Shown in pieces: positions 13,152 to 26,166 of a stretch of 64,000 nucleotides of DNA. How positions within the stretch are numbered: position 1 is the first letter of the stretch; each line of letters opens with the position of its first letter. The stretch covers positions 6,640,626 through 6,704,625 of the forward strand of contig NC_091937.1 in NCBI RefSeq assembly GCF_041260155.1. Direction: 5' to 3'. Under the pieces are notes generated by a model. It was not told the origin of the DNA and ran no database searches. It worked only from the letters and a program-made list of their open reading frames with translations. Origin of the DNA: Ptychodera flava. Lineage: Eukaryota. The position numbers and the translations under genes are program-made.

Positions 13152-13280
13152 ATGGGAATATTCAAAGGTTACCAAATTACGTTGGAACTGAGCACAAATG
13201 TTCCATTCAAGAAGAAACAGGAATTGAGAAAAAAGATAACAAACAATGATGGAATAGTGAGCTACATCATCACAAAGAAG
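13152..13280 (+). CDS. PARP4: PARP4-like exon 1 (start codon; BRCT N-terminal half): MGIFKGYQITLELSTNVPFKKKQELRKKITNNDGIVSYIITKK
   Basis: ATG at 13152 follows an in-frame stop at 13071. Donor AAG|GTGAGA at 13281. It matches the human PARP4 N-terminus MVMGIF...KKKLQTDIKENGGKFSF. Confidence 0.65.
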
Positions 13281-14253
13281 GTGAGAAAGTTATTTTCAAT
13301 CATCAAGTCACCATTTTAGCAGAACTTAAACTTCAATCCTAGGGATAAAGCATATTAATAAATATATTATCCAACATTTTCTGATTTCAGATGATAAAAT
13401 GAACACTTTATGGTTTTATATGTACAGTTTTACACTACTGGCAGACAACAGTTTTGGATTCCACAAATGCCATTATAAATAAAATCAGGAACTGTACCTA
13501 CACATTCGTGATCTTGACATTGTGGTCAAAAGCATGGATTCAAGTGTGACGGGACCCATTGATAATTTAGAGATATTTTATGTATTATGCAAGCATGACT
13601 TCATCTCCCCACCCCTGAACTTAGGCCAGTGTGCCGCCACTGGAATGGTTATGGCAGATTGATGGATTGTAGTTATTCACATTAACTTCAGGAGTCTAAA
13701 ACTAAGCTGTTTTTAGCTGATTGGCTGTTTGAAAGGGATCATTATAAATATGAATGATATTCAGTCAACCAATAAGCAACATACACTGTAGCTTCCAAGA
13801 TGCCACAGATTGCCAGATGAACTTGATAAGACATGGCAGTATGCAACATGTATCACTGTTATGTGTTGCTTTAGTTTCACCAGAACTTTCTGCATGAATT
13901 CACTCCTTTAAGCTTCATTTGTTTCATGACACAATGAATTATATATTTGTTCATTTGTTCCTGGTTTTTTAACTGAATGTCTAAAATTACCCATGGATAT
14001 TCTTCAAATAAAGATATTTTGACACAAATTCAGTCCTGACATCACAGATATTTTCCATCTGCATCGTGCAAGCCTTCAGTTAATTACTGTTTTTGCATTT
14101 CCTCAGAAAGTCATGGCAGAGAACACATTTGGTCTGAAAATCCTACATTTTAAGAAAAAATACCAAATCTAGATATCTCCAATTGACCCTATAACATAAA
14201 CATCATTGCATATTTCAATATCACAGTTGATTTTTTCCTGTCTTTACATGCAG

Positions 14254-14452
14254 AGTAATTATCTTGTTGTGAGTAATCCAGAGAAAGGGGACACTTCCTT
14301 CAAAATAAGACAGGCAGTAAAATATGGTATTCCCGTCGTATCCATGGATTTCATCCATGAGTGTGTGGAAAAAAACTTACTACAAGATGTGGATCCCTAC
14401 ATTGTGTACGGAGCAACCAGATCGGGGGAGTTCAGTTCAGGAAAGATTGTTG
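14254..14452 (+). CDS. PARP4: PARP4-like exon 2 (BRCT): SNYLVVSNPEKGDTSFKIRQAVKYGIPVVSMDFIHECVEKNLLQDVDPYIVYGATRSGEFSSGKIV(G)
   Basis: Acceptor tttttcctgtctttacatgcAG and donor G|GTGAGT at 14453. It aligns with human PARP4 BRCT (THIILDNADVLSQ...ANPDFIWKSIREKRLLDVKNYDPY). Confidence 0.8.
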
Positions 14453-14814
14453 GTGAGTGGTAACACGTAGGACTTTTTTCAATTACTCGCATGAAAAGTT
14501 TATAAAATATTGCACTGCTGATAACTTTCAATAAATTTCACTCCCAGAGCGCACAAATTTGCATATGAAATGTATGGTGTAGGTGTGCAAATTTGTGACG
14601 AGACTGAAAGCAGAAGAAAATGTTTACATAGCAGGAAAAGATCAAACATTTGGTATTAATTTTTTGCATGTAATTTGTAGGATATTTCACGCAAGTGATA
14701 TGGTACCAACTATTTTTAGAAAATTCAGTATTGCCCACAACCACTTCATGAAAAATATTCACACTAAATGTACACTTCTAATTCAAATTGAGGAAATAGT
14801 CATTTATCAAGGTT

Positions 14815-15500
14815 TTTAGCTCATATTTGGTTTTATATATAAATACCAAAAAGAGCTTATATGATGAGTCTAAATGTCTGTATATTTGTGGGTATGTGCG
14901 GATGTATGTCCGTCACACACAAAGGCTCCCATACCGCCAAAGCTACCGTCTCAGTATTTGGTGTACAGGTAGATGTAGGGGTTGAGATGTGAATTTGTTC
15001 AAATGAACACATCAGTGTCAAAAATGTGCAAATGAGGTAAGAAAAAGCGAAATTCTGAAACAGGCTTGAAACAGGCTTACTCCACTGACTTGAGTCATTT
15101 CCTGTTATTGTCATTGAACTGTTACATATTAACAGACCTGCTCAAACCATAGACAGTAGAGGGGAGGAAGACCGTCAGTAGAGGGGAGGAAGACCGTCTA
15201 TGGTCAAACTGAGGCAGTAAGGGGGCTAGCTGCCTTTCTGCTATGCATGTTGCTAAAGTTGACCTCCAGTACCTAAAGTTTCAGACCTTAATTACTTTTG
15301 TCATTCTTGTTTTTCTGGTTTAAATATTTCTTGTTGTTTTTCTGGTTGTACTGTGCAGAAATCATTGTCATAACATCAACGTAGAATTTTCCTGCACTGA
15401 ACAGATAGAAACAACATTTATTGTTGATCTTTGGTACCCATACTGGTATGTACCAATTCTGATCAAATTTGAGCGACACCGTATAATTGCGGTATTTTTC
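14815..15500. mobile_element. family B non-autonomous element (~690 bp) in PARP4 intron 2
   Basis: Starts ttTAGCTCATATTTGGTTTTAtatataaataccaaaaagagcttatatgatgagtc. It is about 90% identical over its length to 26373-27061. Confidence 0.7.
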
Positions 15501-16538
15501 TTCATATTTTTCTTTGTATACAAAATAAGTTTGATCAAAAAGACATCCTGGCATTTTTTTCTTTTCTTTGTCTGATCACATTAAAGAAATATTGTTGGTA
15601 GGGACACAAAGGAAAAAAGTATACATCCCTTTTCCACTTTTTTCAGAAGGCTATATATTGCATTATTCTAAGCGTATTTTGGAATTTTCATCCTTCATAG
15701 ACTCTGTTACTTTCCTGTAGGATTTCACAAAATAAATTTTAAATATAGCAATTATTTAGTCAGCAAATAAATTGTGTTTGTTCTTAATGCGGAAATCTCA
15801 ATTTTTTGCACTAATTAAATATTTGCAAAGGTGATGTTTACAAAATTGATTAAACATTGTTTATAAAAAATTTGACACTGTGGCAGTTTTGACCTCATCT
15901 ATCCGGTTGCCATTTTTGGTCTCAAAATTGTAATAGTGTACCATATTACGGTAGTGTACAAAGTTTATGTTCAGGCCTGATATTTAGACTCTGTTGATTT
16001 GAAGATAATCTATGAACTGTTTCCTTTTCTTTGCTGAATAGTGAAGAACTAAATTTTATATCCTATGTCAGCCACAGTGAAAATTTAAACTTTGAAAGGA
16101 ACACCGTCAAGAAATGAGCTTCTGGTTGGATGTAGCAAATATCTGTCAGAATAAGTGATCATTCACTATGGTAAAGCAAATAATTTTCATGAACAATGGC
16201 CGTTAAGTGTTATTTGCTGAAATACAACTACAGCCCAAGCCAGAAAAACAAACTGTTACTTCCACTGAATGACACTACGTATAGCAACACTCAGCCTAAA
16301 AAAATGATATTAAAATGGCCTATGAGTCATTGAGTTTAGGTTCTGTATCTGTCTATCATTGTCTCTCTGTCATGCCCTGTCTCTCTGTCTTTGTCCCGCT
16401 GTCACTTTCCACCAAATGTCAAACTGACAAATATGCAGTGATATCTTTTGGTTCATGTGCAATGAAATAGGAAACATGTTCACTGTATCTTAAGCCTGCC
16501 ATAAAGAAAATAATAAAAATTCATTGCTTCTCTTTCAG

Positions 16539-16611
16539 CTAATAAACCACAACAGCAACTTGATGGAAAAAAGAAAACTGCTGCACCAGTATTTAATATA
16601 AACAAAATAAA
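16539..16611 (+). CDS. PARP4: PARP4-like exon 3 (short linker): ANKPQQQLDGKKKTAAPVFNINKIK
   Basis: Acceptor cattgcttctctttcAG and donor AA|GTGAGT. Phase 1 in and phase 2 out fit the flanking exons exactly. It is low-complexity linker with no homology, so splice phase is the only support. Confidence 0.5.
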
Positions 16612-16639
16612 GTGAGTGTTTCAAGTTAATATTTTATTT

Positions 16640-17115
16640 TCTATATTATGAATTCATGAATTATGCATATTTGTATTTTGAAGCTGCAATTTTTGTCATT
16701 TTTGGTAAAAAAATCTTTAAAAATCTTCTTCAACAGTGATAGTTTTGATATTTGGTATACAGGTTTATGAGGATGATCAAAAAGTGATATATTGAAATTA
16801 TATTGAAATCTGCAATTTTGTAGTTTTGGGGCAATTTTTGCCATTTTTGGTCAAAAAATTTGTTTTCTTTAAAACTACATGTCTGATAGCTTTGATATTT
16901 GGTAGACATATTCTTAGTGGTGATCTTAATGTGACATGCTCAAATTATGACGAAATGTTCAATTGTGTATTTTTGCAGCTATTTTTGCCATTTTTGGTCA
17001 GGCCACTCTGAAGTGAGCTGTCAAAGATTTCCACCTTCTTCATCAACACATGTCACAAATAGTTATTATCTACATAACACAGCAACGCTATATTGGCCAC
17101 CAGGCTGCTTGTCAA
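16640..17115. mobile_element. family A copy (2.5 tandem units plus conserved 3' tail) in PARP4 intron 3
   Basis: Units gcaatttttgccatttttggtcaaaaaat...ctgatagctttgatatttggta. Tail atttccaccttcttcatcaacacatgtcacaaatagttattatctacataacacagcaacgctatattggccaccaggctgcttg. Confidence 0.6.
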
Positions 17116-17247
17116 GATAACGTTGAATTTATGAAAGTAGGCAGTGTGGTCTTTAATAGTGGTAACGCTAAGTCCGTGGTCAAAAATTGTCATTCTGTTT
17201 TTTCACCTGTTTTTAAATCACAATCATTTGTTTTTCAATCAAATCAG

Positions 17248-17323
17248 AGTCTGGCAAGACGAACATGAAGGCTTTCTATTCCGAGAAGAAAGTTTTGAAG
17301 TTGCCAAAAGCGTTGTCCTGAAG
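17248..17323 (+). CDS. PARP4: PARP4-like exon 4: (K)VWQDEHEGFLFREESFEVAKSVVLK
   Basis: Acceptor tttttcaatcaaatcAG and donor AAG|GTCAGT. It resembles human ...KKQGFLLREHFTPEATQLASEQLQ. Phase is consistent with neighbours. Confidence 0.55.
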
Positions 17324-17524
17324 GTCAGTGTTATCTGGGTCTGTTTTTAATCCTGTTAACGGAATGTCCAACGGTCTAATGGTATGGCTTTTCATATGCC
17401 ATATAATGTTAGCAGTGGACAGTGATTTCTCAAGAACATTTCACTACCTTTGTCTTCAATGCAGTGGAATGGTTACTTTTACCAATGTCTGTAAATGATT
17501 TTTTGTACCCTTTTAAAGCCTCTG

Positions 17525-17880
17525 TAAGTTAGAACGTGCCTCAGTGACAGATATTTAGATTCTCAAATTTCTATAATTCTTTTCTGATCTACTTCTTGTG
17601 GGGGCTCATTTTAAAGGTTTTGGAAAAAGTAAAAATTTCACTGTCTTAGTTTTTCGAAAATCCAAAATTTCATTTTTCCCCATAGAGATAACACAGTGAT
17701 GGCAGCCATTTTGAATTCAGATATCGCAAAATGTTGGGTAATTTGTTTCGTTAGTTCCAAACTTTGCATGTTACCCCCAATTTTTATTGTTGATCTGGTA
17801 AGAGAATGGTTGAAAGTTTCATTTAGGAAATTTGAACAAAAGTATAAGTCTCTGTCTTTTGAGGCGCATGAGTCAAAATT
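17525..17880 (-). mobile_element. SINE-like family copy (minus), about 200 bp downstream of the PARP4 exon 4 donor
   Basis: Same core (gatggcagccattttgaattc) and tail (gtaagttagaacgtgcctc) in reverse complement. Confidence 0.7.
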
Positions 17881-18419
17881 GATATTTTCAACTCAATCAT
17901 GTTGATGTTTGCCATGTGTGTTTCTTGAGTCGAAGTGAAGACAGAATTGTTCATTTTGTTGCAATACATGTCTTTACTACATTTACACATAAATAACATT
18001 TGTATCTATTATCAGTCAATTTTTGGCATAATTAGTCAAAAAGATGATTGATGTGTGTATGCATGTACTGGCTCAGTTACGCAAAATGTGTTTGCAATTA
18101 ATTATCTTGCCCAATTTGTGATAAAGTGAATGTCTAGTGTAAATAACAAATCAAACTAACTGATATTATATACTGTATTTGTATGATTTTAGTACCCTGG
18201 TTTGGGAACATGAAATGGGCATAATTGTCAGGGAGGCTTTATTATTTATGGCCGGGAAGGGTGGGGGTGGGGGGGGAATGCCTGATGCATTCTTTAACTT
18301 TGAGTGTCCCTTTCCTCACATGCCATCTTTTGAGAACCCCCTTGCCAACTCAGAAAGTTTTGCATTTCCAACTGCCATAACAACACACTCATATGCCCAT
18401 GCTTGAATACATAATACCC

Positions 18420-18531
<112 letters not shown>

Positions 18532-20118
18532 TTACATGATAATATCCTTTCACCTGCCAGACGGTATCACTTCCCAATCTGCCAAGTCAGTTAAAAACAG
18601 TATTGAATCAAAACCATATGTATTTTCACCCCGTTGGCTTGGTTTGTTATAGCAGCTTTAGTCTGTAGAAATCATGTTTAGAGTGCACCTGTCTCCAAGG
18701 ACCTTCAAATCTTCAAGTCTTTGTTAAAATCCACCATGTGGGACATGTTTTGCTTTACTGGTTGTAACCAACTTGACCTGGTTGTGAAATACAGACATAG
18801 CAAGAAAAGGAATATAATATTTACACACACATCTATATATGTAATACACACACTTACGTATACCGGTATAACAGCTCGTGCAGTAGGCTTCCAAAGGCTC
18901 ACTGATACCGGTATGTGTTAATCAACTGCAGTACGATAACAAAATTTTCCTTGACTGCCTAGTCAAGGAAAATTTGACTAATTTTGCAGTTTTCAAAGCA
19001 CTGTTGGTCAGTTGATAATGCAAGACTACATCAAATAGGAAGACAGATTTTGGTTGTGTTTTATCATTGACTGGAATCCTATTATACAAATTGTTAGAAA
19101 ACTGAGAAAAAGACAGGAGAAGTAATGTTCTGTGTGCTGGAGATACATCTTGTTCCATCCTGGGTTCCAACAATGAAACCACAACCTAGTGAACGTAGAT
19201 GCAGAGTTTTCACTCACCGAGGCTTGCTATCAGAAATGAAGGTAAGTTTAAGGGTGAGACTGAAGGATGAGTCCACACTGAACCACATTACAATTCAGCT
19301 TGACTCTAGAGGGCACATTCCAATTTTAATAGGGCTGTTCACAACTCAGACATTGTTCTCTCATTAATATGCTGAATAAATATTTGTCCGCATTTCCAGA
19401 TTACGCTTTTGAAAATTACGTATGCAAGAATGACGAAAATACATCTTTGTAGGTGACTACTAGTGTAACAATGAACACTAAAAGACATTTTCACAATTCA
19501 GATTACAAGCTGCAAAAACAGCCATGCATGCATTGATAAATTTGTCTGCATTTCAAGCAGCAGCGTCAGATGTCGCATGCTTACAGCTATATGTACTGGT
19601 AGTAACAAACCAGTAACCATGAACAGTGCCATTAGTAAAGAAGGCACACTGAGACAAACTTATTCATTACCATATAGAAAGATGTACACTCATATGGTTT
19701 ACCAAATTTGGACAAGATACTTAAAGTGTGCTGTAATACTGATTTGCTGATGGAGCTAATTTTGGTTAGGAAGACATCAGATTCTTTAGGTTTTGTTGTG
19801 AAATATAGATCAATTTCATGTTCCACAGAGTTAATAGTACTCTACAATAGGTCAAACCTGGAATTCTAACGGACACTGAGGTAAAAACAAAGTGGTGTGC
19901 ACAAATGTGCACAGAAATATGTGTATTTCCATACACGTTTGTATATATGGGTTTGTTTGTATGGTACCACCAGCACGTGATCTCTTAGATGTACTGAGTC
20001 TGTAGAACATATTGCATCCTTTTTATTCTGCAGTAGAATCATTAACAGCAGACAGACATATAATTTTCAGTTTTAAATCACTATTCTCTGTATTTCTCAT
20101 ATCTCATCCAATGTACAG

Positions 20119-20280
20119 GATAAAAGTGCTGGAAAAAGAGAGTATCGTTACACACAAAGTGCAGATGAAGCCCTACAATGTTACATTTTTCTGTACAACC
20201 AATTTACCAGATATCCACACAACATGGTTAAAACAACAAAAATTCTTTCCAGAAAAATTGGGTCTGACAACTTTCAGAAG
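20119..20280 (+). CDS. candidate frame-preserving cassette exon (162 nt, phase 0/0) in PARP4 intron 4: DKSAGKREYRYTQSADEALQCYIFLYNQFTRYPHNMVKTTKILSRKIGSDNFQK
   Basis: Acceptor tcatccaatgtacAG and strong donor AAG|GTAAGA. It is an open 54-codon frame in AT-rich intron. There is no convincing homology. Confidence 0.2.
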
Positions 20281-21814
20281 GTAAGAGGTGATGTCATCAT
20301 GCAATGAAAAATGTATTCCTAGTTTGCATATAGCACTTGGAAGGATTCACCAAACCCAAATAAACTTGCTACATATGGTGATAATATGACATCAAATCAA
20401 GTCCAGCAATTGTTATCATTCAAGGCAAATAAATAACCAGGTCAAAGAAACAAACAAACAAACATAACTACAAAAAAACCTGACAAAATCAATAGTCCAA
20501 TCTTGAACCACTAGTAAAGTGGTGGTACCAGGTGTCCGGAGTGGATAAGCATACCCCGCTAGCATGCTACACCCGTCAATGATTTGACAGCAGTGAAAGA
20601 AACTTAGGATTCTAATTATAGCTTACTACTAATTTGTACAGTGTCACCTAACAATTTTATTCATTGAAGCAGTGCATAATGAACACTCAACATGAAGCTG
20701 ATTACAGCAATTCTGATGACGGTACAAAAACATGGCATTGATATCTCAGAAAAGTCTATATTTACAAAAAGTGCAACATATACTGAACATGGGACTGTGT
20801 TCAGTTTGTATCTTGTTAGTTCACTTGTTAACTCAGCTTTAGCTATTATCATAATAATGTCTGACCGACTGTGAAATTTCAGCGGAAAAACATGATTAAA
20901 TTTGAAGAAACTTGAAATGTATATTGACGAGACAATGCGTTTGTTGTAGAGAAAGACATTTTGCATTTTCACTTCGGCTAACTTTCAATTTGCATATTAA
21001 TAAGCTTTTACAATTTGGCGTATGAAAGTTACAGGACTTGACCGACGGCAATTACATTTGCTAGATAAAGTGACAATTCAATGATATCACAGCAGTGAAA
21101 GAAATTAAGCATTTTCATTTCAGTTGATTACTTCTTTGTATACTCAACAATTTTTCAATTGAAGCTCCACACAATGAATTTAGTTTGTGAAATTGATTTT
21201 ATAGCAATTTTAATGAAGTTACAAAACTCATAACAATCAGAGAAAAGTATCAATTTACAGACAACTTGCAATATACTTAAACAGGGAAGCATTTACAGTT
21301 CATATTTGATGTTTTAAGTTTTGTCTTTCTAGAGCCATTTCACAGAAATTCCAGGACTGGTTTCCAGTAAACTTAGCACAAGGGCATTGTACCGTGAAGT
21401 ACAGATGCATATTAATTGTTTTATGTGATATGGTGGCCACTTTCATTTTAATTTTTGTCTGGCTGGAGCCATTATTTAGATATACCAAGACAAATTTCAT
21501 TTAAACTTGGCACAAAGGGTGCTATGATGGAAAGGTACGACTGTATACCTACACTTACAAGTCACACATTTGTGTTCAGCCGTTACTGTAAAATCCAATC
21601 AAATACCTATGCTACAGGTGGGGACTGTGTCATTTAAAGTGTGACTTGTTTATCTTGAAAAGCTCCCCCAAAGATATTTTTATTGATACCAAAGAGTAAT
21701 CATTGCCTTGCATTCTTCATGAAAATATCTTTTTTGACATTTTGATGATTTGATAGTTTCAAAATCGGCTCAGAAATTTATGGTAATATTGTGATATTTT
21801 TCTGCATGTGCCAG

Positions 21815-21949
21815 ATAATGTTGGAAACAATAGAAGTCAAGAATCTGTTGCCAGGTGTTTCTAAACTTGTGGAAGATCTTTGGCAAGAAGCTGTGGGCAA
21901 GCTGGATGAGATATTGTTGCAACCAGTCGCATCATTGAAGCTTGGAGAT
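21815..21949 (+). CDS. PARP4: PARP4-like exon 5 (PARP regulatory/helical region): IMLETIEVKNLLPGVSKLVEDLWQEAVGKLDEILLQPVASLKLGD
   Basis: Acceptor tttttctgcatgtgccAG and donor GAT|GTAAGT. It aligns with human LLLEEVMNSSTLSQEVSDLVEMIWAEALGHLEHMLLKPVNRISLND. Confidence 0.8.
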
Positions 21950-22583
21950 GTAAGTACCCAGAATGCAGTAGGAAAATTGAAAGTTTTGGATTGAGTAAAC
22001 ACAGACAAAGGCAGCCATTTTGAATTTCAAATTCACAAAAGTATGAGTCATAAAAAAAAACTTCCTTACATTCCTGTTATCAGCTGTAGTGCAATTCTTC
22101 CTTCTTGGATATAAAGTTGAATTAATCTCAATCTTGGCGATATTAATCTCTATGGCCCTGAGTGTGGTTGAAGACCAACGTTGTATGGTAAAAGGGTCAA
22201 AATGTGCGAGGATCAATATGCCATATGACTCTGGTCTGCACAACCTGTATTAGGCCTGTAAAGGTTTTATCATATATCCTATTGAAACTGATTGTCTGCA
22301 TTTAGTTTCAAAAAATTACCATTCTATAAGGTGTTGAAACGCTTTTGACAGTGTTGCGTACAACTGGTGCGGAAAGTTTCAGTACTCTGAAACACAATTG
22401 TATTCACAAACATGTAATGTATACAGGTGAGAAACTAAAGCATGGTAGCAAAACTTAGAATTTGGTCACATAATTCACAGAACATTCTTGAATGTGCTGA
22501 TAGTACAACATGAGCAAATTTTAGAATTCATATAATCTATGACAAAATTATAGAGGAAGATTATTTTTTTCTCTTTTTTTAAG

Positions 22584-22757
22584 GTTGAGAAGGCTGAAGG
22601 TATACTTCTACAGTTGAGAAGGGCTGTTGACAACAAGGCTAGCATATCAGATATTGCCAACCTTTCCGTTCAGTACTATGCAATAATCAAACACAAAGGA
22701 AATAATAACCACATAACAGATAAAAGACAGATTGCCCAGAAACAGGATCTTTGTCAG
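22584..22757 (+). CDS. PARP4: PARP4-like exon 6: VEKAEGILLQLRRAVDNKASISDIANLSVQYYAIIKHKGNNNHITDKRQIAQKQDLCQ
   Basis: Acceptor ttttttctctttttttaAG and donor CAG|GTAAGG. Human: VSKAEGILLLVKAALKNGETAEQLQKMMTEFYRLIPHKGT...LLAKKADLCQ. Confidence 0.85.
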
Positions 22758-23415
22758 GTAAGGATGTTTTCATCAGTTTGTTACCTAATTGTATGTGACT
22801 TTCAGTATGGTGATCCAATACGGTGTCAATATGGTGAATTCTTACAGCTAATAAATGAAGGTGAAAAATTTTATGAGACCTATTATAACGACTACTTAAG
22901 CTTTAAGGTGAACCCAACCAATATTTTAATCTTGGGTTAACAAATTAATTGAAATTGAATGGAATATTTGCAAAAGAGTGATTTCGAGCAAAATACGCTG
23001 TGGTGGGTGCAGAGCTTCCTTATTTTCAACGTCTGTTTTGAGGAAATCTTTCAAAAATCACTGTTTATTGAAGGAGCTTGCTTTGCTACATCTTACCAAA
23101 GGGAAACATACCGGTATTGTTTGCTTTATTTACTTAATAGTACTACATTTGTAATTCATTTTCTGAATGAAATAATAAAAATATTATCAAAATTTTCAAC
23201 TTCTGTCCCATTGGTTTCTGTGTACTCATAGTGCAGCTGAGTTGACAGGTGATTATTTTGATTTGGCCAAAATAATCATTGCCATAATTTTGTTTGTGTT
23301 TATACTTATCAAGGATTCAAGGTGGGCTTGTCATTTATTCAAGTACATGATATGTGAGAATTTGACTGATAGTAGTCTTTCTGCATTGATAACATGTTAT
23401 TATTTCAACTCACAG

Positions 23416-23579
23416 CTTATCAGAGATGTTCTAAGTGTCAGTGAAGCCACAAACTGGTCTGTTTTAGGCAGCTCTGAAGCAAAGTACAAAGCTCTGCGAT
23501 GCCGCATTGAACATCTGGTCGATGAGGATGATATAGAATATGAACGCATTAAAGATTTAGTCCTTTCCAGCCAGTCAAG
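23416..23579 (+). CDS. PARP4: PARP4-like exon 7: LIRDVLSVSEATNWSVLGSSEAKYKALRCRIEHLVDEDDIEYERIKDLVLSSQS(ag)
   Basis: Acceptor tatttcaactcacAG and donor AG|GTTTGT, which is weak. Human: LIRDMVNVCETNLSKPNPPSLAKYRALRCKIEHVEQNTEEFLRVRKEVLQ. The junction DLCQ|LIRD is conserved. Confidence 0.8.
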
Positions 23580-24182
23580 GTTTGTTCATCTCAATCCCAT
23601 AATTTTGTGTCACAAAGGTGTTTGCTTTTTATTGAAAAAAGTGTATTTCTGTAAATAGATGGCTTTCAGATTCTATGCATACAAGCAAGACACTGCCTTT
23701 ATAAATAATTACACCACACTGTACCAGTAACTTATCACTAACTTTGAGTTTTAGTTTTTTCACTGCAAACGTGCACTGCCAATACAATAGTCAAAGTACC
23801 CGATAGGTTTGTCACTCATTGCAGATATACAGAACCATTTACTTGGTCATGTATTGCCCAACACCCCTAGCAGTTGCGCCACTCCATCAAGTCATCAAAA
23901 TGTAGTGATTTATCTTATTATTGTAAAATAAAGGGATGTACTTAACTGTTTATTCAGTTTCATGAGGTAAAAATGGCTGGGATGGCAAATGTCTCTCACA
24001 AAAGTTTACTTTTTAGTTTGCTCATGTCTGGCCAAATAGAGTCTGGGTAATAAGAAAATATGACTGATACCATTGGACAAACTGCGTTAATGTAGGTAAA
24101 TGTTGGATCAAAGTTTGTATGCCGTATATTCTTACTAAGCCGTGTTGGTCTACTCTGCCTTGCTCAGTGCGCCACCTGTTAA

Positions 24183-24538
24183 GGTAGTTTGAGCCTCGAA
24201 AATGAAATACTTAAAGTTTTGCTCAAACTTTCCTCAAACAAACTTTTAACCATTCTCTTTCAAAATCTAGAAAAAAATCGGGAGTCACTGTGCAAATTTT
24301 GTTACTAGAGAAACAAATTACTCAATATTTTCTGATATTTAAAATTCAAATTGATGGCCAACCCTGTGTTATCTCTATGGGAAAAGTAAAATCCCAATTT
24401 TCACAAAACTAAGCCGGTGAAATGTTTATTTACTCCATAAGCTCCAAAATTAGCCCCCGCAAGTGGTAGGCGAGAAGAATATTGTAAAAGTTTGAGAGTC
24501 GGAATATTTGTCTCCTCGGCCCGGCATGTTCTACCTTT
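24183..24538 (+). mobile_element. SINE-like family copy (plus)
   Basis: Head gcctcgaaaatgaaatacttaaagttttgctcaaactttcctcaa, core gatggccaaccctgtgtta, tail ggcatgttctaccttta. Confidence 0.7.
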
Positions 24539-24899
24539 ATTGGCAGCATGTGCAATACCAGTACATCTACATTCCTCACCAGATATAAGAGTCTTTTTAA
24601 TATTTTACGTTGCATCTGTGCCATGCAAATTCCATGTTCACATTGTATTTCATCAATGTTGCATCAGCAACTTGGATTAATTATCTATGTTATGTATTAG
24701 CTTAGATGTACACAAGAAAAGCTTCAGTTGTCCACAGTGCACACACAATATCAGACAAACAATTTGTCATGATGCCTGTGCCAGTATAGTATTGAGAATT
24801 CAATCTATTCATAGTTTTCACACAGTTTTATAGATGTATGTTAACACTACAGTACATGCATGGAAGATGTATTTTTAAAGTATCTATATTTTTCAACAG

Positions 24900-25037
24900 T
24901 GACAGTGAAATCAAAGTGGAGAACATTTATGCTGTCCATCGTCCAGCGGAAGAAAAAGTGTTGGCCAGAAAGCTAGGATATTCCAAATACATGTTCCATG
25001 CATCAAAACCAACAAATTTTGTTGGAATTTTATCAAG
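24900..25037 (+). CDS. PARP4: PARP4-like exon 8 (PARP catalytic start): SDSEIKVENIYAVHRPAEEKVLARKLGYSKYMFHASKPTNFVGILS(R)
   Basis: Acceptor tctatatttttcaacAG and donor AG|GTAGGA. Human: FRVGRVNETTEFLSKLGNVRPLLHGSPVQNIVGILCRG, the catalytic H-G-S region. Confidence 0.85.
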
Positions 25038-25186
25038 GTAGGAATATTTTTCCAAAGTTGTCAAACATTGCTTTAAAAAAATGCAGCCATTGTGTGATGG
25101 CTTAGAAAGTAATAGCCAATTGGTTGTTTTTAAGATAAAGTGTGGAAGACAAATTTACTAAATGCTGAAATCTTATTTTCCTGCAG

Positions 25187-25285
25187 AGGATTGCTCCTAC
25201 CAAAAGTGGTTGTTGATGACTTTGGTGGAAAACGAACTGATCCCGGAAAGTTGGGACATGGCATATACTTTGCTGATTCATCAAG
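25187..25285 (+). CDS. PARP4: PARP4-like exon 9 (catalytic): (R)GLLLPKVVVDDFGGKRTDPGKLGHGIYFADSS
   Basis: Acceptor tcttattttcctgcAG and donor AG|GTACAA. Human: GLLLPKVVEDRGVQRTDVGNLGSGIYFSDS. Confidence 0.9.
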
Positions 25286-26166
25286 GTACAAAAATATCGG
25301 ATGAAAAAAGAGAAGGCTTTTTTGATGAAGTATATCAGCAATAAACCGCACCCAGTGATGGTATACAATGTGATTTTGACCAGTTCATGACATAGCAAGT
25401 GCATACATGGTATGTCATGAAATGGTCAAAACCAAGTGCTATACTGTCGCTGAGTGTGGTTTATTGCTATTATATCATAACAGTACTATATTGAAATTCT
25501 GGCATGGAACATCAAAGAAGGATTTTGCTCTTGCTGAGAACTCACATGTGCCAACCATGCTTTATCGGGAACATAGCGTGGTTATTTTCACATCTCGACC
25601 ATACAGGTTGCTGTGTTTGTGCCATCAATATATTGATATGATATAATTGATGATATAGGTTTAAATTTAAATTTACGTTTTACATCTGAACAAAACTGTT
25701 AGAGAGATCACATTTTCCATCAATAGTTAAAAATCTAAGATGTAAACTTACAGTAGGATTACAATATGATTTGACGGGACACCAGGCAATCCTACAACCC
25801 TATTGAAGGAATGTGGATAGGGAAATTTTAAAGTTATAAATATCTGTGTTGATGTTCAACATCTTACGATAACTGCTACCTATTATGTACTTACTGACCA
25901 GGGCTTCATTTTCTTGTTGCTCCTGTGCAACTCATACAAAATAATGCAACAAAAATAGATAATATAGATACAATAAGCAATATGATGCCACTACAGGGAT
26001 CTATTGCTTAATTGCCACTCACACCCTTTTTAATTTTCTCTGCAAAGGCTAAAATTATAACTCATAAACTTGAATGGTAAACAGTCAAGTTCATTGCAGA
26101 CCAGTACCTTGGACTATTTTTGAATTATTATGATTTTAATCTCATCAAGAAGTCTCTGCATTTCAG

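Noticed and set aside
19125-19367. ORF ending at a GTAAGT donor (19245), as a possible alternative first exon
   Set aside because: No acceptor or promoter context and no homology. Insufficient evidence.
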